32,000 nucleotides of DNA from Candidatus Saccharimonadota bacterium (GTDB lineage Archaea; Nanohalarchaeota; Nanosalinia; Nanosalinales; Nanosalinaceae). The notes below the pieces were generated by a model. It saw only the letters and a list, made by a program, of their open reading frames with translations. It was not told the DNA's origin and did not search any database. The stretch covers positions 690,001 to 722,000 of the forward strand of contig NZ_CP180230.1 in NCBI RefSeq assembly GCF_047555085.1, given 5' to 3'. How positions within the stretch are numbered: the stretch's first letter is position 1; each line of letters starts with the position of its first letter. Shown here piece by piece: positions 22,450-31,456 of the stretch. Both the position numbers and the translations under genes were made by a program.

Positions 22450-22845
22450 TTACAGGGATTCTACGTCGACTTCTCCTTTCTGTTTCTTGAATGCTGAAGG
22501 CAGATCGATGTGGTAGACTCCCTCGCTCTTCGAGATAATCAGCGGCATCTCATTGAGTAGACGGGAGATATTCAGCTCGTAGACGCCTTCGTCCTTGACT
22601 TTTATTGAGTCAAGATCGAACTCTATCTGGATGTTACCACGTTCCTCTTCTCCCTCTATAATCATGTCCTGGATGTCGGATTCGACTTTCTCTTTCTCCT
22701 CGTTCAGTTCGCTCTCCGATTTCTCCGGATCGCTTTCGTACATGAAAAGCGAGCATCCGCAGTCACATCCGTCGATAAGTTTGTCGGAATCGTCTTCAAA
22801 TACTTCTCCACAGTTCATGCATCTGTGTGGCATTCTAGAAAACAC
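22450..22845 (-). CDS. Archaeal Zn-ribbon protein (DUF2072-like)
   Basis: 131 aa. N-terminal CMNCG...CDCGC ribbon followed by an acidic linker and a small domain. Third gene of the GTPase/DUF2073/Zn-ribbon arrangement that I recall as conserved in archaea. Confidence 0.65.
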   Translation of the reverse strand: MFSRMPHRCMNCGEVFEDDSDKLIDGCDCGCSLFMYESDPEKSESELNEEKEKVESDIQDMIIEGEEERGNIQIEFDLDSIKVKDEGVYELNISRLLNEMPLIISKSEGVYHIDLPSAFKKQKGEVDVESL

Positions 22846-22886
22846 CTCTCTGTGAGAGGCCTCTGAAATTTTTCTCTGGCATATCC

Positions 22887-23270
22887 TTACTCCTCCTCAA
22901 GTTTTGCAAGGAAGGATACTGCATCACGTTCTTTCTTGACTTTCTCCATGACACGGGAGTTGCCGACGATGGTGATTCCTTCCCTGTAACGTTCGTTAAG
23001 TACTTTTTCGTAAAACATTTTCTTGGCCCGGTTAAGTCTTGAGTCCCTATCCGTCAGGCCCAGGAACTCAATTCCAGGGAAGTCCTCATCGATTTCGTCC
23101 ATGGCACTCTGGATAAGCCTTCTCTCCTCTTCATGACTCCATCCCTCCTCCAGGACCAGTACTGCGTTTTCTTTAACTCGTTCTATTACTGTTTCTACCT
23201 TCTCATCGAACGATTTGTCCTGAAGTTTTCCCTTGGACAGAAACTCTATTGTAACGCCGTCGTCTCCCAT
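22887..23270 (-). CDS. Conserved archaeal protein (DUF2073-like)
   Basis: 127 aa. Its start abuts the GTPase stop (23270/23271). The family assignment rests on gene context and size, so it is tentative. Confidence 0.55.
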   Translation of the reverse strand: MGDDGVTIEFLSKGKLQDKSFDEKVETVIERVKENAVLVLEEGWSHEEERRLIQSAMDEIDEDFPGIEFLGLTDRDSRLNRAKKMFYEKVLNERYREGITIVGNSRVMEKVKKERDAVSFLAKLEEE

Positions 23271-23933
23271 CTAACTTAACCTTTCGATTATCTCCTGATA
23301 AAGTTTGTCGATGTTTTCTCCCTCCTTCGCGGAAATTTCAAGGACAGGATGCTGAGGGAAAGCATCACGGACACGCTCAGGATCAGAGTCCTCAAGATCT
23401 GTCTTGTTAGCAAGCACAAGGATTGGAATATCCTTCGCTTCAAGATTTCCGATTATAGTAACGTTTACCTGAGTGTACGGATCCTCTGTAGAGTCAAAAA
23501 TTACAAGACAGGCATCAACATCGTCCAGATACTTAACGGCCTCCACAATACCTTTTGTGGCTTCTTTGGCACGGCCTTTGGCATCGTCTTCCTCTATGCC
23601 GTGTTCCTTGAAATCCTTGAAGTCAACGTTAGTTGTGATCCCTGGCATATCCAGAAGATTGATGTCGATTGAACGGCCGTCATCCGACTCAATGGCAACT
23701 TTCTCCTTTTTCTCAACGGCACGAGTTTCATGCGGTACCTCGGAGACGTTACTCATTTCCTCACCAGTCAAATCCTGAGAAATCTGATTTGCAAGAGTTG
23801 ATTTACCTGCGTTCGGAGGCCCATAGATACCGATAGAGATATCCTCCTCTGAATCCTCGAATAGACTGGACAGAATCTTCTTCAAACGACCTATCATTTT
23901 GACCATTTTGACACCTGACAATAATAAATCCAA
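23271..23933 (-). CDS. Small TRAFAC-class GTPase
   Basis: G1 GPPNAGKST, G3 DMPG, G4 NKTD, G5 SAK. Alternative starts at 23906 or 23897. Confidence 0.85.
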   Translation of the reverse strand: MDLLLSGVKMVKMIGRLKKILSSLFEDSEEDISIGIYGPPNAGKSTLANQISQDLTGEEMSNVSEVPHETRAVEKKEKVAIESDDGRSIDINLLDMPGITTNVDFKDFKEHGIEEDDAKGRAKEATKGIVEAVKYLDDVDACLVIFDSTEDPYTQVNVTIIGNLEAKDIPILVLANKTDLEDSDPERVRDAFPQHPVLEISAKEGENIDKLYQEIIERLS

Positions 23934-24087
23934 CAGGGAGATATAAAAACTATTCGTCTACAGGCCTCAATGAAGATAGAAGAGGCGTCAAAAAAGCCCC
24001 GCCACAGAGAAAAATCGAGCAGAGGCCTCTGTAAAGAATAGCGAAATTGAGTGACGTTAAAAAAGCTGGAAGGAAAGATCAAGAATT

Positions 24088-24531
24088 ATGAGAACTGAAA
24101 AAGGCGTAGCAATAATAGCATACAAGGAATCACGGGGCTCGAACCGTTTCCTGGTGCTCAAGCGGACGAAGAACTGGGAGGGATGGGAGATCCCGAAAGG
24201 CCACCTGGAGGAAGACGACTACAGGAAGACAGTGGAGATCGAACTGAGTGAAGAGGCCGGCATCGATGAAAGTGATATCGAGAGTATAGAAGGCCTTGAC
24301 AGCGATCTTGAGTGGAGTTTTGAGGACGAAGGAGGAAAAGTGAAAAGAGAGTATCGCGGATTTCTCGTAAAAATCAGTGAGGAGGCCTTTGTCGACGTAT
24401 CCGGCAATCCTTCAGATGAGCACGAGACAGGATTTTTCATGAAGTACGAGGACGTTGAAAGTCTTCTGACGTACGACAATCAGAGGGAGCTTCTGGACGA
24501 AGCAGTTACCCATTTGAAATCACTGGCTTGA
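24088..24531 (+). CDS. NUDIX hydrolase
   Basis: 147 aa. Slightly degenerate Nudix box GHLEEDDYRKTVEIELSEEAGI, preceded by the typical FLVLKR...W.IPKG strand. Confidence 0.8.
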   Translation: MRTEKGVAIIAYKESRGSNRFLVLKRTKNWEGWEIPKGHLEEDDYRKTVEIELSEEAGIDESDIESIEGLDSDLEWSFEDEGGKVKREYRGFLVKISEEAFVDVSGNPSDEHETGFFMKYEDVESLLTYDNQRELLDEAVTHLKSLA

Positions 24532-24558
24532 AAAACTTCCAGAGGCCTTTGTTTTTCT

Positions 24559-24807
24559 ATGACAGAACCAGATGAACTGCTGGAGCTTTACCAGTTTGAA
24601 GGATGTCCTTACTGTGGAAAAGTCAGACAGAAGATGACAGAGCTAGGCCTCGACTTCATCGCACGTCAGGTCGATCCGGATGATCGTACACGTGTCGAAG
24701 AGGTATCAGGTCAGACAAACGTTCCTGTACTGAAGGATCCGAACACCGACACAGTTATGCCCGAAAGCGATGATATAGTCGAGTACCTGGAGGAGCACTA
24801 CGGATAA
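24559..24807 (+). CDS. Glutaredoxin
   Basis: 82 aa. CPYC active site at residues 16-19. The downstream TNVPVL (cis-Pro loop) fits a thioredoxin fold. Confidence 0.85.
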   Translation: MTEPDELLELYQFEGCPYCGKVRQKMTELGLDFIARQVDPDDRTRVEEVSGQTNVPVLKDPNTDTVMPESDDIVEYLEEHYG

Positions 24808-24933
24808 AGAAAAAGGGAATTCCCTCCCTTGTTCATATTTTTCTTCTCACAGCTCTCTGAAAGGCCTGTCTATGAGAAAATTTTTTGCTGAAAAAGACAA
24901 GATATATAATAATTACTTTCTGGTAACAACAGT

Positions 24934-25527
24934 ATGAATTCAGAGAGTTTAACTCAGATTGCCGATCTCGGGCATCTTGAACAGTACGGTATGGGGGCCG
25001 ATGACGTAGAGGCTGTTCTAGATGAGTTACCGGAGTACGCAGTAATTGAGAACAAAGGCCAGTTAGCCGAGTCAAGCGATTATCCTTTCGACAGTGAAGG
25101 CGCACTTGATGCAGATGAAGTACCAGAGCCGAGAGGACGGGAAGGCGAATCAAGTCTTGGAATCGGCTACAGCGACTTCGAAGTCCTGTACGCAGGAATG
25201 GCCGGAGAAAGAGACTTCAATCTGGATGCCCAGATGCTTGACGTACCGGAAGAAAATACAGAAGAGGCACTTGGAGCACTTTTCGGAACCTCATATGCAC
25301 TTTTCAGATATGAAGTCATGGAAGGAGGCCTTCCTGCCGATCACAGCACATTCAGGCAGGATATAGATACACAGGAAGAAAAAGAGAAATTCTTGGAGGA
25401 AGGCGCAGTAGAGATTCAGGGCGAGATAATGGGGCCTTGGGGGTACGACCACGACCTGATGAACGAAGTCATGGACGCACAACAGGCACTGGAAAGCTAC
25501 CACACGACAGCAGACCAGCTAGTCTAA
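24934..25527 (+). CDS. Hypothetical very acidic protein
   Basis: 197-aa ORF with host-like composition and no recognisable motif. Confidence 0.5.
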   Translation: MNSESLTQIADLGHLEQYGMGADDVEAVLDELPEYAVIENKGQLAESSDYPFDSEGALDADEVPEPRGREGESSLGIGYSDFEVLYAGMAGERDFNLDAQMLDVPEENTEEALGALFGTSYALFRYEVMEGGLPADHSTFRQDIDTQEEKEKFLEEGAVEIQGEIMGPWGYDHDLMNEVMDAQQALESYHTTADQLV

Positions 25528-25554
25528 TCCCCAAAAAATTCTCTTTTTATTTAT

Positions 25555-25971
25555 TCACTTCATAGAATGCCGCAGATTGGCGCCGTCAACATCGACAATA
25601 TCAGGATCACCAGGTATGCCGATCTCATCCGGCTTGTGACTTCCCGTATACTCATGGCGAAAGTTTTCAAGCCTCATCAACGGGCCTTTGGCGACAGGCC
25701 TCCTTGCATCGTAAGACTCCTTGTACAGAACCGCCACGTATCCTTCTAAACCGTTTTCACGCTCTGAAAGAAGAATCTCGCCCGTACCGACTTCGGCATC
25801 GTAGTCCAGGCCCAAGGCCTCTGCTTTTTCATCCAGAGCTCCTTCGAAAAGACTTCTGACTTTCGCCCAGCCGCCGATGCCTCTGTACTCGGTTTCAAAA
25901 GTTGAGAAGCCTTCCTCCAGAGCTTTCGAGTACGTGTCCGGCACATCGTTCCAGCGCATTATATCAAGCAA
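25555..25971 (-). CDS. Hypothetical protein
   Basis: 138-aa ORF. Last gene of a co-directional trio (26758-27519, 26022-26693, 25555-25971). Confidence 0.5.
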   Translation of the reverse strand: MLDIMRWNDVPDTYSKALEEGFSTFETEYRGIGGWAKVRSLFEGALDEKAEALGLDYDAEVGTGEILLSERENGLEGYVAVLYKESYDARRPVAKGPLMRLENFRHEYTGSHKPDEIGIPGDPDIVDVDGANLRHSMK

Positions 25972-26021
25972 TACGGTTTTGAATGATTAAATCATCTTTG
26001 CAAGAAATAGCCGGTAGTTTT

Positions 26022-26693
26022 TCATATCCCGAATTTTTCGTAGGCCTTTGGCTGAAGCATGAAAATCGAGTCCTCTTCGCCGTTTTCTATGAATTCTTTG
26101 CATTCATCCGTGAATCGGTAGACTCGTTCAGCCTCTGATTCCACGACTCCTCTCTCAGTCAGGATATCAAGGTCGTACGGCGCATTTTCCACGTGGAAAG
26201 TCCTGTAAGGATCTACATCAGTCAGGTCACGTGAGCCGAAGCTTTTGATATATCCAAAGCTTCCCCACGTATTCTGGTAGTCGATGATAGTTTCCAGGTC
26301 ATCTTTGTCAAAGACTCCGCCAAAATTTTCATGGATCTGATGCGCCAGCTCTGCCGAATCCATATGTTCAGTCCGCTCATCAAGATAGTAAGTCCCCCAG
26401 ACATCGTAGCCCGCTTCCTCAAAGAAATCTATTATATCGTCCACCTGGCGCTCAGCCTTTACATTATCATTTCTTGTAGTCTTAACTTCCAGTACAAAGG
26501 CCTCTGTTCCGTTAACAAGCGCAAGATCAACTTCACGTTCCAGAGAGGCCTCTGTATCCAAGTGCTTCGAAGGATTAGACTCCTCAATAAGAATAGAATC
26601 CCAACGGACACGATCATCGTTCAAAAACGGAGAAAAATGATTTGCAAGATCCTCTACGGCATCAGTATGCTGGGAATCGAAATCACGGCTCAC
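26022..26693 (-). CDS. Hypothetical protein with a PD-(D/E)xK-nuclease-like N-terminal core
   Basis: 223 aa. EVDLALVNGTEAFVLEVKTT fits the D...(D/E)xK strand pattern of restriction-endonuclease-fold proteins. The C-terminal half is unassigned. Confidence 0.5.
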   Translation of the reverse strand: MSRDFDSQHTDAVEDLANHFSPFLNDDRVRWDSILIEESNPSKHLDTEASLEREVDLALVNGTEAFVLEVKTTRNDNVKAERQVDDIIDFFEEAGYDVWGTYYLDERTEHMDSAELAHQIHENFGGVFDKDDLETIIDYQNTWGSFGYIKSFGSRDLTDVDPYRTFHVENAPYDLDILTERGVVESEAERVYRFTDECKEFIENGEEDSIFMLQPKAYEKFGI

Positions 26694-26757
26694 TGAGAAA
26701 AATTTACTATGAAGAAGTTAAAAATGAATCGATTGAGATTGAAAAGGAGTGGATTTT

Positions 26758-27519
26758 TCAGGCATAATCGCTGAGAGACATGTCTTCGATATCTCTGATC
26801 TTCATTCTCATTTTATGTAGGTTATGAGGATCCTTCATGCCGAAGAAACGTCCTCCGAAACTGTACAGATCTTTCGCCACTTGCTTTGGATCTTCTCCAA
26901 GCTGTAGTCTTTCCTCAGCTGATCTCAGTTTCTTATCTATCATCTTGAGATCCTGTTCAAGACACCTCATAATCTGATCGTAGTAATACGTTTTTTTAAC
27001 GAAAAATCTTTCGGCTGCCGATACCTCGGCATCCATTCCGTATGGAGTCCAGCCGTTACCTGCGACAAACCTGTTCTGGAACTTCGTGCTACCTCCGATC
27101 TCCATATAGTCCTCTACAGCACTGTTGCCGTTTTTCTTTTCGTGAGCCAGATACTGCCTGAACGATCCACTGAACACCCGGACATCCTCCTTGAATTTCT
27201 TTATGTCGCGTTCAAGACTGCTCTGAACAGCTTTCAGCTCCTCCTCAAGTTTGACTCTGGAATCATCAATAAACTCGTAGAAATCATCGTAGCCATTTCC
27301 CATAGCCCTGTGCGCGATATCAGTCAGCACACCCTTGTTATAAGACTTCAAATCTCCGATTATATCCTCAGCTGCATCAACAGCCTCCTCAATATTCTCC
27401 TCAATCTCGTCAGATCGCTCATCCAGCATATGTAACTCATCTCCCTCCTGCCCAGAACCAGAGGCAGAAGCAGAAGAATCCTGATCCTGTGAACGAGATC
27501 TATGCTCCGCTTTCGACAT
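26758..27519 (-). CDS. Hypothetical coiled-coil protein
   Basis: 253 aa. Ser/Asp-rich N-terminus followed by long charged helices. The gene contains no AGGCCT. Confidence 0.55.
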   Translation of the reverse strand: MSKAEHRSRSQDQDSSASASGSGQEGDELHMLDERSDEIEENIEEAVDAAEDIIGDLKSYNKGVLTDIAHRAMGNGYDDFYEFIDDSRVKLEEELKAVQSSLERDIKKFKEDVRVFSGSFRQYLAHEKKNGNSAVEDYMEIGGSTKFQNRFVAGNGWTPYGMDAEVSAAERFFVKKTYYYDQIMRCLEQDLKMIDKKLRSAEERLQLGEDPKQVAKDLYSFGGRFFGMKDPHNLHKMRMKIRDIEDMSLSDYA

Positions 27520-27608
27520 AACGATAGAAAATTACAGATTCTCGCTTAAAAAATTAGACACACCAGAGCAAACAGGCCTTCCGTACAAAAATTGTCCGAG
27601 AAATTTGA

Positions 27609-27683
27609 TGGACCGGCCCAGATTTGAACTGGGGATCTCCACGTTATCAGCGTGGCGCTTTAACCTGGCTAAGCCACCGGTCC
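27609..27683 (-). tRNA. tRNA-Ile (anticodon GAU)
   Basis: Acceptor GGACCGG/CCGGTCC. D-arm GCTT-AGCCAGGTTA-AAGC. Anticodon stem CCACG/CGTGG with loop CTGATAA. T-arm CCCAG-TTCAAAT-CTGGG. Discriminator A. Confidence 0.9.
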
Positions 27684-27762
27684 CTGTGTAAATGGAGTGG
27701 TGTGGGAATTTTTTTAACGTGTCCGATTCCCGTCGGAGCTGTGATAATGGAAATATGTGGAG

Positions 27763-27785
27763 GAGAGGCCTTTGAAGGGCCTCTC
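27763..27785. terminator. Hairpin GAGAGGCC-TTTGAAG-GGCCTCTC just downstream of the aEF-2 stop
   Basis: 8-bp perfect stem with a 7-nt loop, 5 nt beyond the stop at 27790-27792 and between fusA and tRNA-Ile. No strong T-run follows, so a processing or terminator role is uncertain. Confidence 0.3.
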
Positions 27786-27789
27786 TGTG

Positions 27790-29973
27790 TTATTCTTCGA
27801 GTGAAGGCATTTCCTGTTTCATGCCTTTTCTTTCTCTGATCTGCAGGATCTTTTCTTCCTGTAGATTCATTGGCAGTGGCTCGAAGATGATGTCGATCAA
27901 GCTGAAGAATCCCTGTCCGTTTGTTGCGGACTTCAAAGCGGCTTCGAATCCGAACAGTTCTTCGACTGGAAGCTTGCATTTGATGACTGATGAGTCGCCT
28001 TCTTCTTCCATGTTGATGACGTCTCCTCTTCTGTTGGAGACTTCTGTCATGGCTTCTCCCATCGTGTCCTTCGGTGTGTCGATTCTAAGCTTCTGCTTTG
28101 GCTCGATCAGTTCAGGGCCTGCCTGGAGGAATCCTCTCTTCATGGCGTCTTTTGTTGCCGGGATCATCTGGCTTGGGCCTCTGTGGATTGCGTCCTCGTG
28201 TAGCTTTGCGTCGTGAAGCTTGACCTTCAATCCGATTACAGGCTCTCCTGCTAGAGGGCCTTCGTCGCAGAACTCGTGGAAAGCATCTACAAGGTATTCC
28301 TGGATCTCTCTCAGGTTCTTGATTCCTCTGGATGCGTTGATGAACAGGTTCTCCTCGTAGGCCTCTATGATGTTGTCTGCTTCGTCCTGATCAAGGCCTG
28401 CTTCGACAAGTGCATCTCTGACTTCTGTCTGATCATCAGCCTGCATCTTGATTTCCTCGTATTCCTCCTTCAGGAACTTTCTGACTTCTTCATCGATAGG
28501 TTCTACAGTGATGTCAAGCTTGTTGTGGCGGTTCGGGGACTTTCCTGTGACTTCAGGTGAGTCCTCTGTGATTCCTTCACGGAATACGACGATCGGCTCG
28601 GAAACTTCGATGTCGATTCCCTGTTCTTCAAGATGTCTCTCAACTTTCGCCTCGATGTGAAGCTCTCCAAGGCCGGAAACTGTTGTCTCTCCTGTTTCTT
28701 CGTCGATGGATACCTGGATGGTGTTGTCTTCCTTGGAACGCTTACGCAGCTCTTCAATCAGCTTCGGAAGATCGCTTGTACGCTTCGGCTCAATAGCCTT
28801 TGTAACAACAGGCTCGAATACGTGCTCGATCTGTTCGAAAGGCTGGATCTCATCTGCTTCCTTTGCGATGATTGTCTCTCCAGTAGAGAAGTCAGGTCCT
28901 GTGATTGCTGCGATGTTACCTGCTGGAACCTCATCAACTGTAAGCTTTCGTGGTCCGGAGTAGATTCCTACCTGCTGAGCTCTTTCAGTCTTGTGAGATT
29001 CGATTCCGTACAGTTCGTCTCCCTCGTGGACTGTTCCGGAGAAGATTCTCGCGGTTGCAATTGTACCTGCGTGCTCGTCGTCTTCAACGTTTGTGACAAC
29101 TCCGACGAAAGGCCCGTCCTGATCTTGCTTGGCCATCGACTGTCCTACTTCACTTTCAGCGTCTCCCGGCCAGATAGCTGGAATTCTGTACTGTGCAGAT
29201 TCCTGTGGATTGTTGAGGTGCTTGACAACCATGTCAAGTACGACTTCTTCAATCGGTGCATCGCTTGAAAGTCCGTCGTGGTCTCCCTCGTTGACTCTTT
29301 CGATTATATCTGAGAAAGTGATTCCGGATTCCTGCATGTAAGGAGCAGAGATAGCCCAGTTCTTCAGTGCAGAACCGAATGCGACTGTTCCATCGTTTAC
29401 AGCCATACTCCACTGCTCAGCTGTCTCTTCATCTGCGTACTTTCTCAGGATGTTGTTAACTTTTCTTATGATTTCAGTAAATCTTTCCTGCATCTCCTCA
29501 GGAGTCAACTGCATCTCTTCGATCAAACGATCGACCTTGTTGATGAACAGTACCGGCTTGACGCCCTCATTCATCGCCTGCTTCATGACAGTCTCTGTCT
29601 GAGGCATGACGCCGTCAACGGCATCGACAAGAACTACTACTCCATCGACAGCACGCATAGCACGTGTAACGTCTCCTCCGAAGTCAACGTGCCCCGGAGT
29701 ATCGATAAGGTTGACCAGATAGTTGGCCCCATCGTACTCGTGGACCATCGAAATGTTCGCAGAATAAATAGTAATACCTCTCTCCGCTTCCTGATCATCG
29801 AAGTCCATGAAGCGCTGATCTCCAGCAAGCTTCTCCGAGATCATACCAGCTCTCGCCAGCAGATTATCTGTTAAAGTTGTTTTACCGTGGTCAATGTGCG
29901 CCGCGATGGCGATGTTCCTGATATGCTCAGGATCATTAATTACCTCCTGAATTGCGTCAAGCTCTTTACTCAT
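27790..29973 (-). CDS. fusA: Archaeal translation elongation factor 2 (aEF-2)
   Basis: 727 aa. G1 AHIDHGKTT, DTPGHVDF, NKVD. The diphthamide-site His lies in HEDAIHRGPSQ. The archaeal EF-2 domain order is present at full length. Confidence 0.95.
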   Translation of the reverse strand: MSKELDAIQEVINDPEHIRNIAIAAHIDHGKTTLTDNLLARAGMISEKLAGDQRFMDFDDQEAERGITIYSANISMVHEYDGANYLVNLIDTPGHVDFGGDVTRAMRAVDGVVVLVDAVDGVMPQTETVMKQAMNEGVKPVLFINKVDRLIEEMQLTPEEMQERFTEIIRKVNNILRKYADEETAEQWSMAVNDGTVAFGSALKNWAISAPYMQESGITFSDIIERVNEGDHDGLSSDAPIEEVVLDMVVKHLNNPQESAQYRIPAIWPGDAESEVGQSMAKQDQDGPFVGVVTNVEDDEHAGTIATARIFSGTVHEGDELYGIESHKTERAQQVGIYSGPRKLTVDEVPAGNIAAITGPDFSTGETIIAKEADEIQPFEQIEHVFEPVVTKAIEPKRTSDLPKLIEELRKRSKEDNTIQVSIDEETGETTVSGLGELHIEAKVERHLEEQGIDIEVSEPIVVFREGITEDSPEVTGKSPNRHNKLDITVEPIDEEVRKFLKEEYEEIKMQADDQTEVRDALVEAGLDQDEADNIIEAYEENLFINASRGIKNLREIQEYLVDAFHEFCDEGPLAGEPVIGLKVKLHDAKLHEDAIHRGPSQMIPATKDAMKRGFLQAGPELIEPKQKLRIDTPKDTMGEAMTEVSNRRGDVINMEEEGDSSVIKCKLPVEELFGFEAALKSATNGQGFFSLIDIIFEPLPMNLQEEKILQIRERKGMKQEMPSLEE

Positions 29974-30055
29974 TTTAGATATACACCGAGTTTATACCGA
30001 AAAATTCTTTACAAGATTTAAAAAAGGCCTACTAAGAAAAACACAGGAAAAATTC

Positions 30056-30697
30056 TCAAAGGCCTCTAACATCCGACTGAGAAAATCCTCCACGCGAAGC
30101 ATTATACAAGGCCTTTATCGAGGCCTCCGGAAGAGGATAATCCCAGACACGGACATGAGCCAGTTTTCCTCTGCCATAGCTACCTCCATTTCTATTCTCA
30201 CATATCTTATATGCATTGAACTGTCCAGAAGTCAAGTTAGAAGAAGTATCCAGAAGTTCACCATTCCTGTATGCCTTGGCACCATTGGGGCCGACTTTCC
30301 AAACAATATTTACCCAGCCTGCTCCGTTAACATTATTCCATCTAAGTCTAGTATTGGATACTTCATTCAGAACAAGATTGCTTCCATTGTAATATAGCTG
30401 AAGAGAATTAGATACAGTGTAGTCATCAGTTGTAGAAAAATATGAATTCTGTATATTATCTGTTTTCAGCCAGATAGAAACCGTATGACTCCCATTCCAG
30501 TTAGGCGCAGAAGAATAAACGCGGCCATCCTGTCCATCAAACTCGTACGCAGATTCTCCCAGAGGCCCGGAAACGTCCTGCGTAACACCAACACTCAAAG
30601 AACCATGATGCTCTCTCCCCGAATAATCCAAAGCATTTCCAGAGGCCTCCTGCAAAGGCCAGTATCCAACAGTCCGCGTAAATATTTTCGATCTCAT
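30056..30697 (-). CDS. LamG / concanavalin-A-like lectin domain protein, single module
   Basis: 213 aa. GYWPLQEASGNALDYSG..HGSL, EFDGQDG, AYRNGELL, and a C-terminal LAHVRVWDYPLPEASIKALY. Paralogous to 3895-5952. Confidence 0.8.
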   Translation of the reverse strand: MRSKIFTRTVGYWPLQEASGNALDYSGREHHGSLSVGVTQDVSGPLGESAYEFDGQDGRVYSSAPNWNGSHTVSIWLKTDNIQNSYFSTTDDYTVSNSLQLYYNGSNLVLNEVSNTRLRWNNVNGAGWVNIVWKVGPNGAKAYRNGELLDTSSNLTSGQFNAYKICENRNGGSYGRGKLAHVRVWDYPLPEASIKALYNASRGGFSQSDVRGL

Positions 30698-30706
30698 AAA
30701 TTTGAT

Positions 30707-31456
30707 TCAGCTCCTCGAAAATCCCCAATTAGCATTTCTCCCAACATTATACAGCTTCCAGACCTGCTGCTGAGACAAGGCCTCAGAATAAATCCTTACT
30801 TCATCGATCTCTGAGTTCCCTGATGTTACGCTGCCATTACTGTCATCATATCTGGCGCCTATTTGTGTATCCTTGGAATGTGATATAGATCCATAGGATG
30901 CCGGCGAACCCGGATCATATGCAGTGGTTTCGGCCTCTGTACCATCCAGTAAAATCCTCATACTGTCTTTATCATTATCTCTCATAACCACTGCATGATG
31001 CCAGTTTCCATCAGCGACCACTTGAGTTGTCCTATATACAATCTCATCATTGCTTCCATCATCTATGGAAATTCTTAGATATCCTTGAATAATCCAGCTG
31101 TAAAAACCTGCAAAGCCTGCACTTTCATCCCTGTTATCAATAATAGGGACATTTCCGCTTGTATCGGAGGTCTTAAACCAAAAAGAGACACTGAATGATG
31201 AACTGCCGAATGTACTGGCAAAGCTATGTGGCACATTCACGTAATCATCGCTCCCATCAAAACTAAAGGCCTCAGAGCCTCCGACACCGGAAGCGCCTGT
31301 AGTAATTCCACCATTCAAAGATCCATCATTGCTCCCCCAGGAGTCACTGATAACACCTGAAGATACATCACTTGAATCCATACTCCAGCGACTAACAGCT
31401 GAAGAAGGCCTGACTTTGTCCGGATGTACAGTTGCCTCATTCAGATTTTTAGTCAT
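30707..31456 (-). CDS. LamG / concanavalin-A-like lectin domain protein, single module
   Basis: 249 aa. SWGSNDGSLNGGITTG...FSFDGSDDYVNV, WHHAVVMRD, and IDEVRIYSEALSQQQVWKLY. Overlaps the upstream paralog by 4 nt. Confidence 0.8.
   Translation of the reverse strand: MTKNLNEATVHPDKVRPSSAVSRWSMDSSDVSSGVISDSWGSNDGSLNGGITTGASGVGGSEAFSFDGSDDYVNVPHSFASTFGSSSFSVSFWFKTSDTSGNVPIIDNRDESAGFAGFYSWIIQGYLRISIDDGSNDEIVYRTTQVVADGNWHHAVVMRDNDKDSMRILLDGTEAETTAYDPGSPASYGSISHSKDTQIGARYDDSNGSVTSGNSEIDEVRIYSEALSQQQVWKLYNVGRNANWGFSRS

Noticed and set aside
27647-27979. 110-aa minus-strand ORF spanning tRNA-Ile and the 3' end of aEF-2
   Set aside because: It overlaps a well-folded tRNA and the EF-2 coding frame. 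It is Arg-rich with no motif. It is spurious.
28633-29268. 211-aa + strand ORF, plus several other ORFs of 60-130 aa antisense to aEF-2, the subtilase, the Rad50-like gene and the disulfide reductase
   Set aside because: All lie inside, and antisense to, genes with strong family evidence. Their translations are Cys/Ser/Leu-rich, typical of antisense frames of acidic-codon-rich genes.
28400-30000. A 1.6-kb AGGCCT-free stretch inside aEF-2 (also 22870-23940 and 26530-27540) as evidence for horizontal acquisition
   Set aside because: aEF-2 is a core gene, so motif deserts of 1-1.6 kb also occur in resident DNA, perhaps because of codon constraints. Motif absence alone is not diagnostic. I use it only as supporting evidence alongside tRNA adjacency, an integrase or repeats, and an A/T shift.
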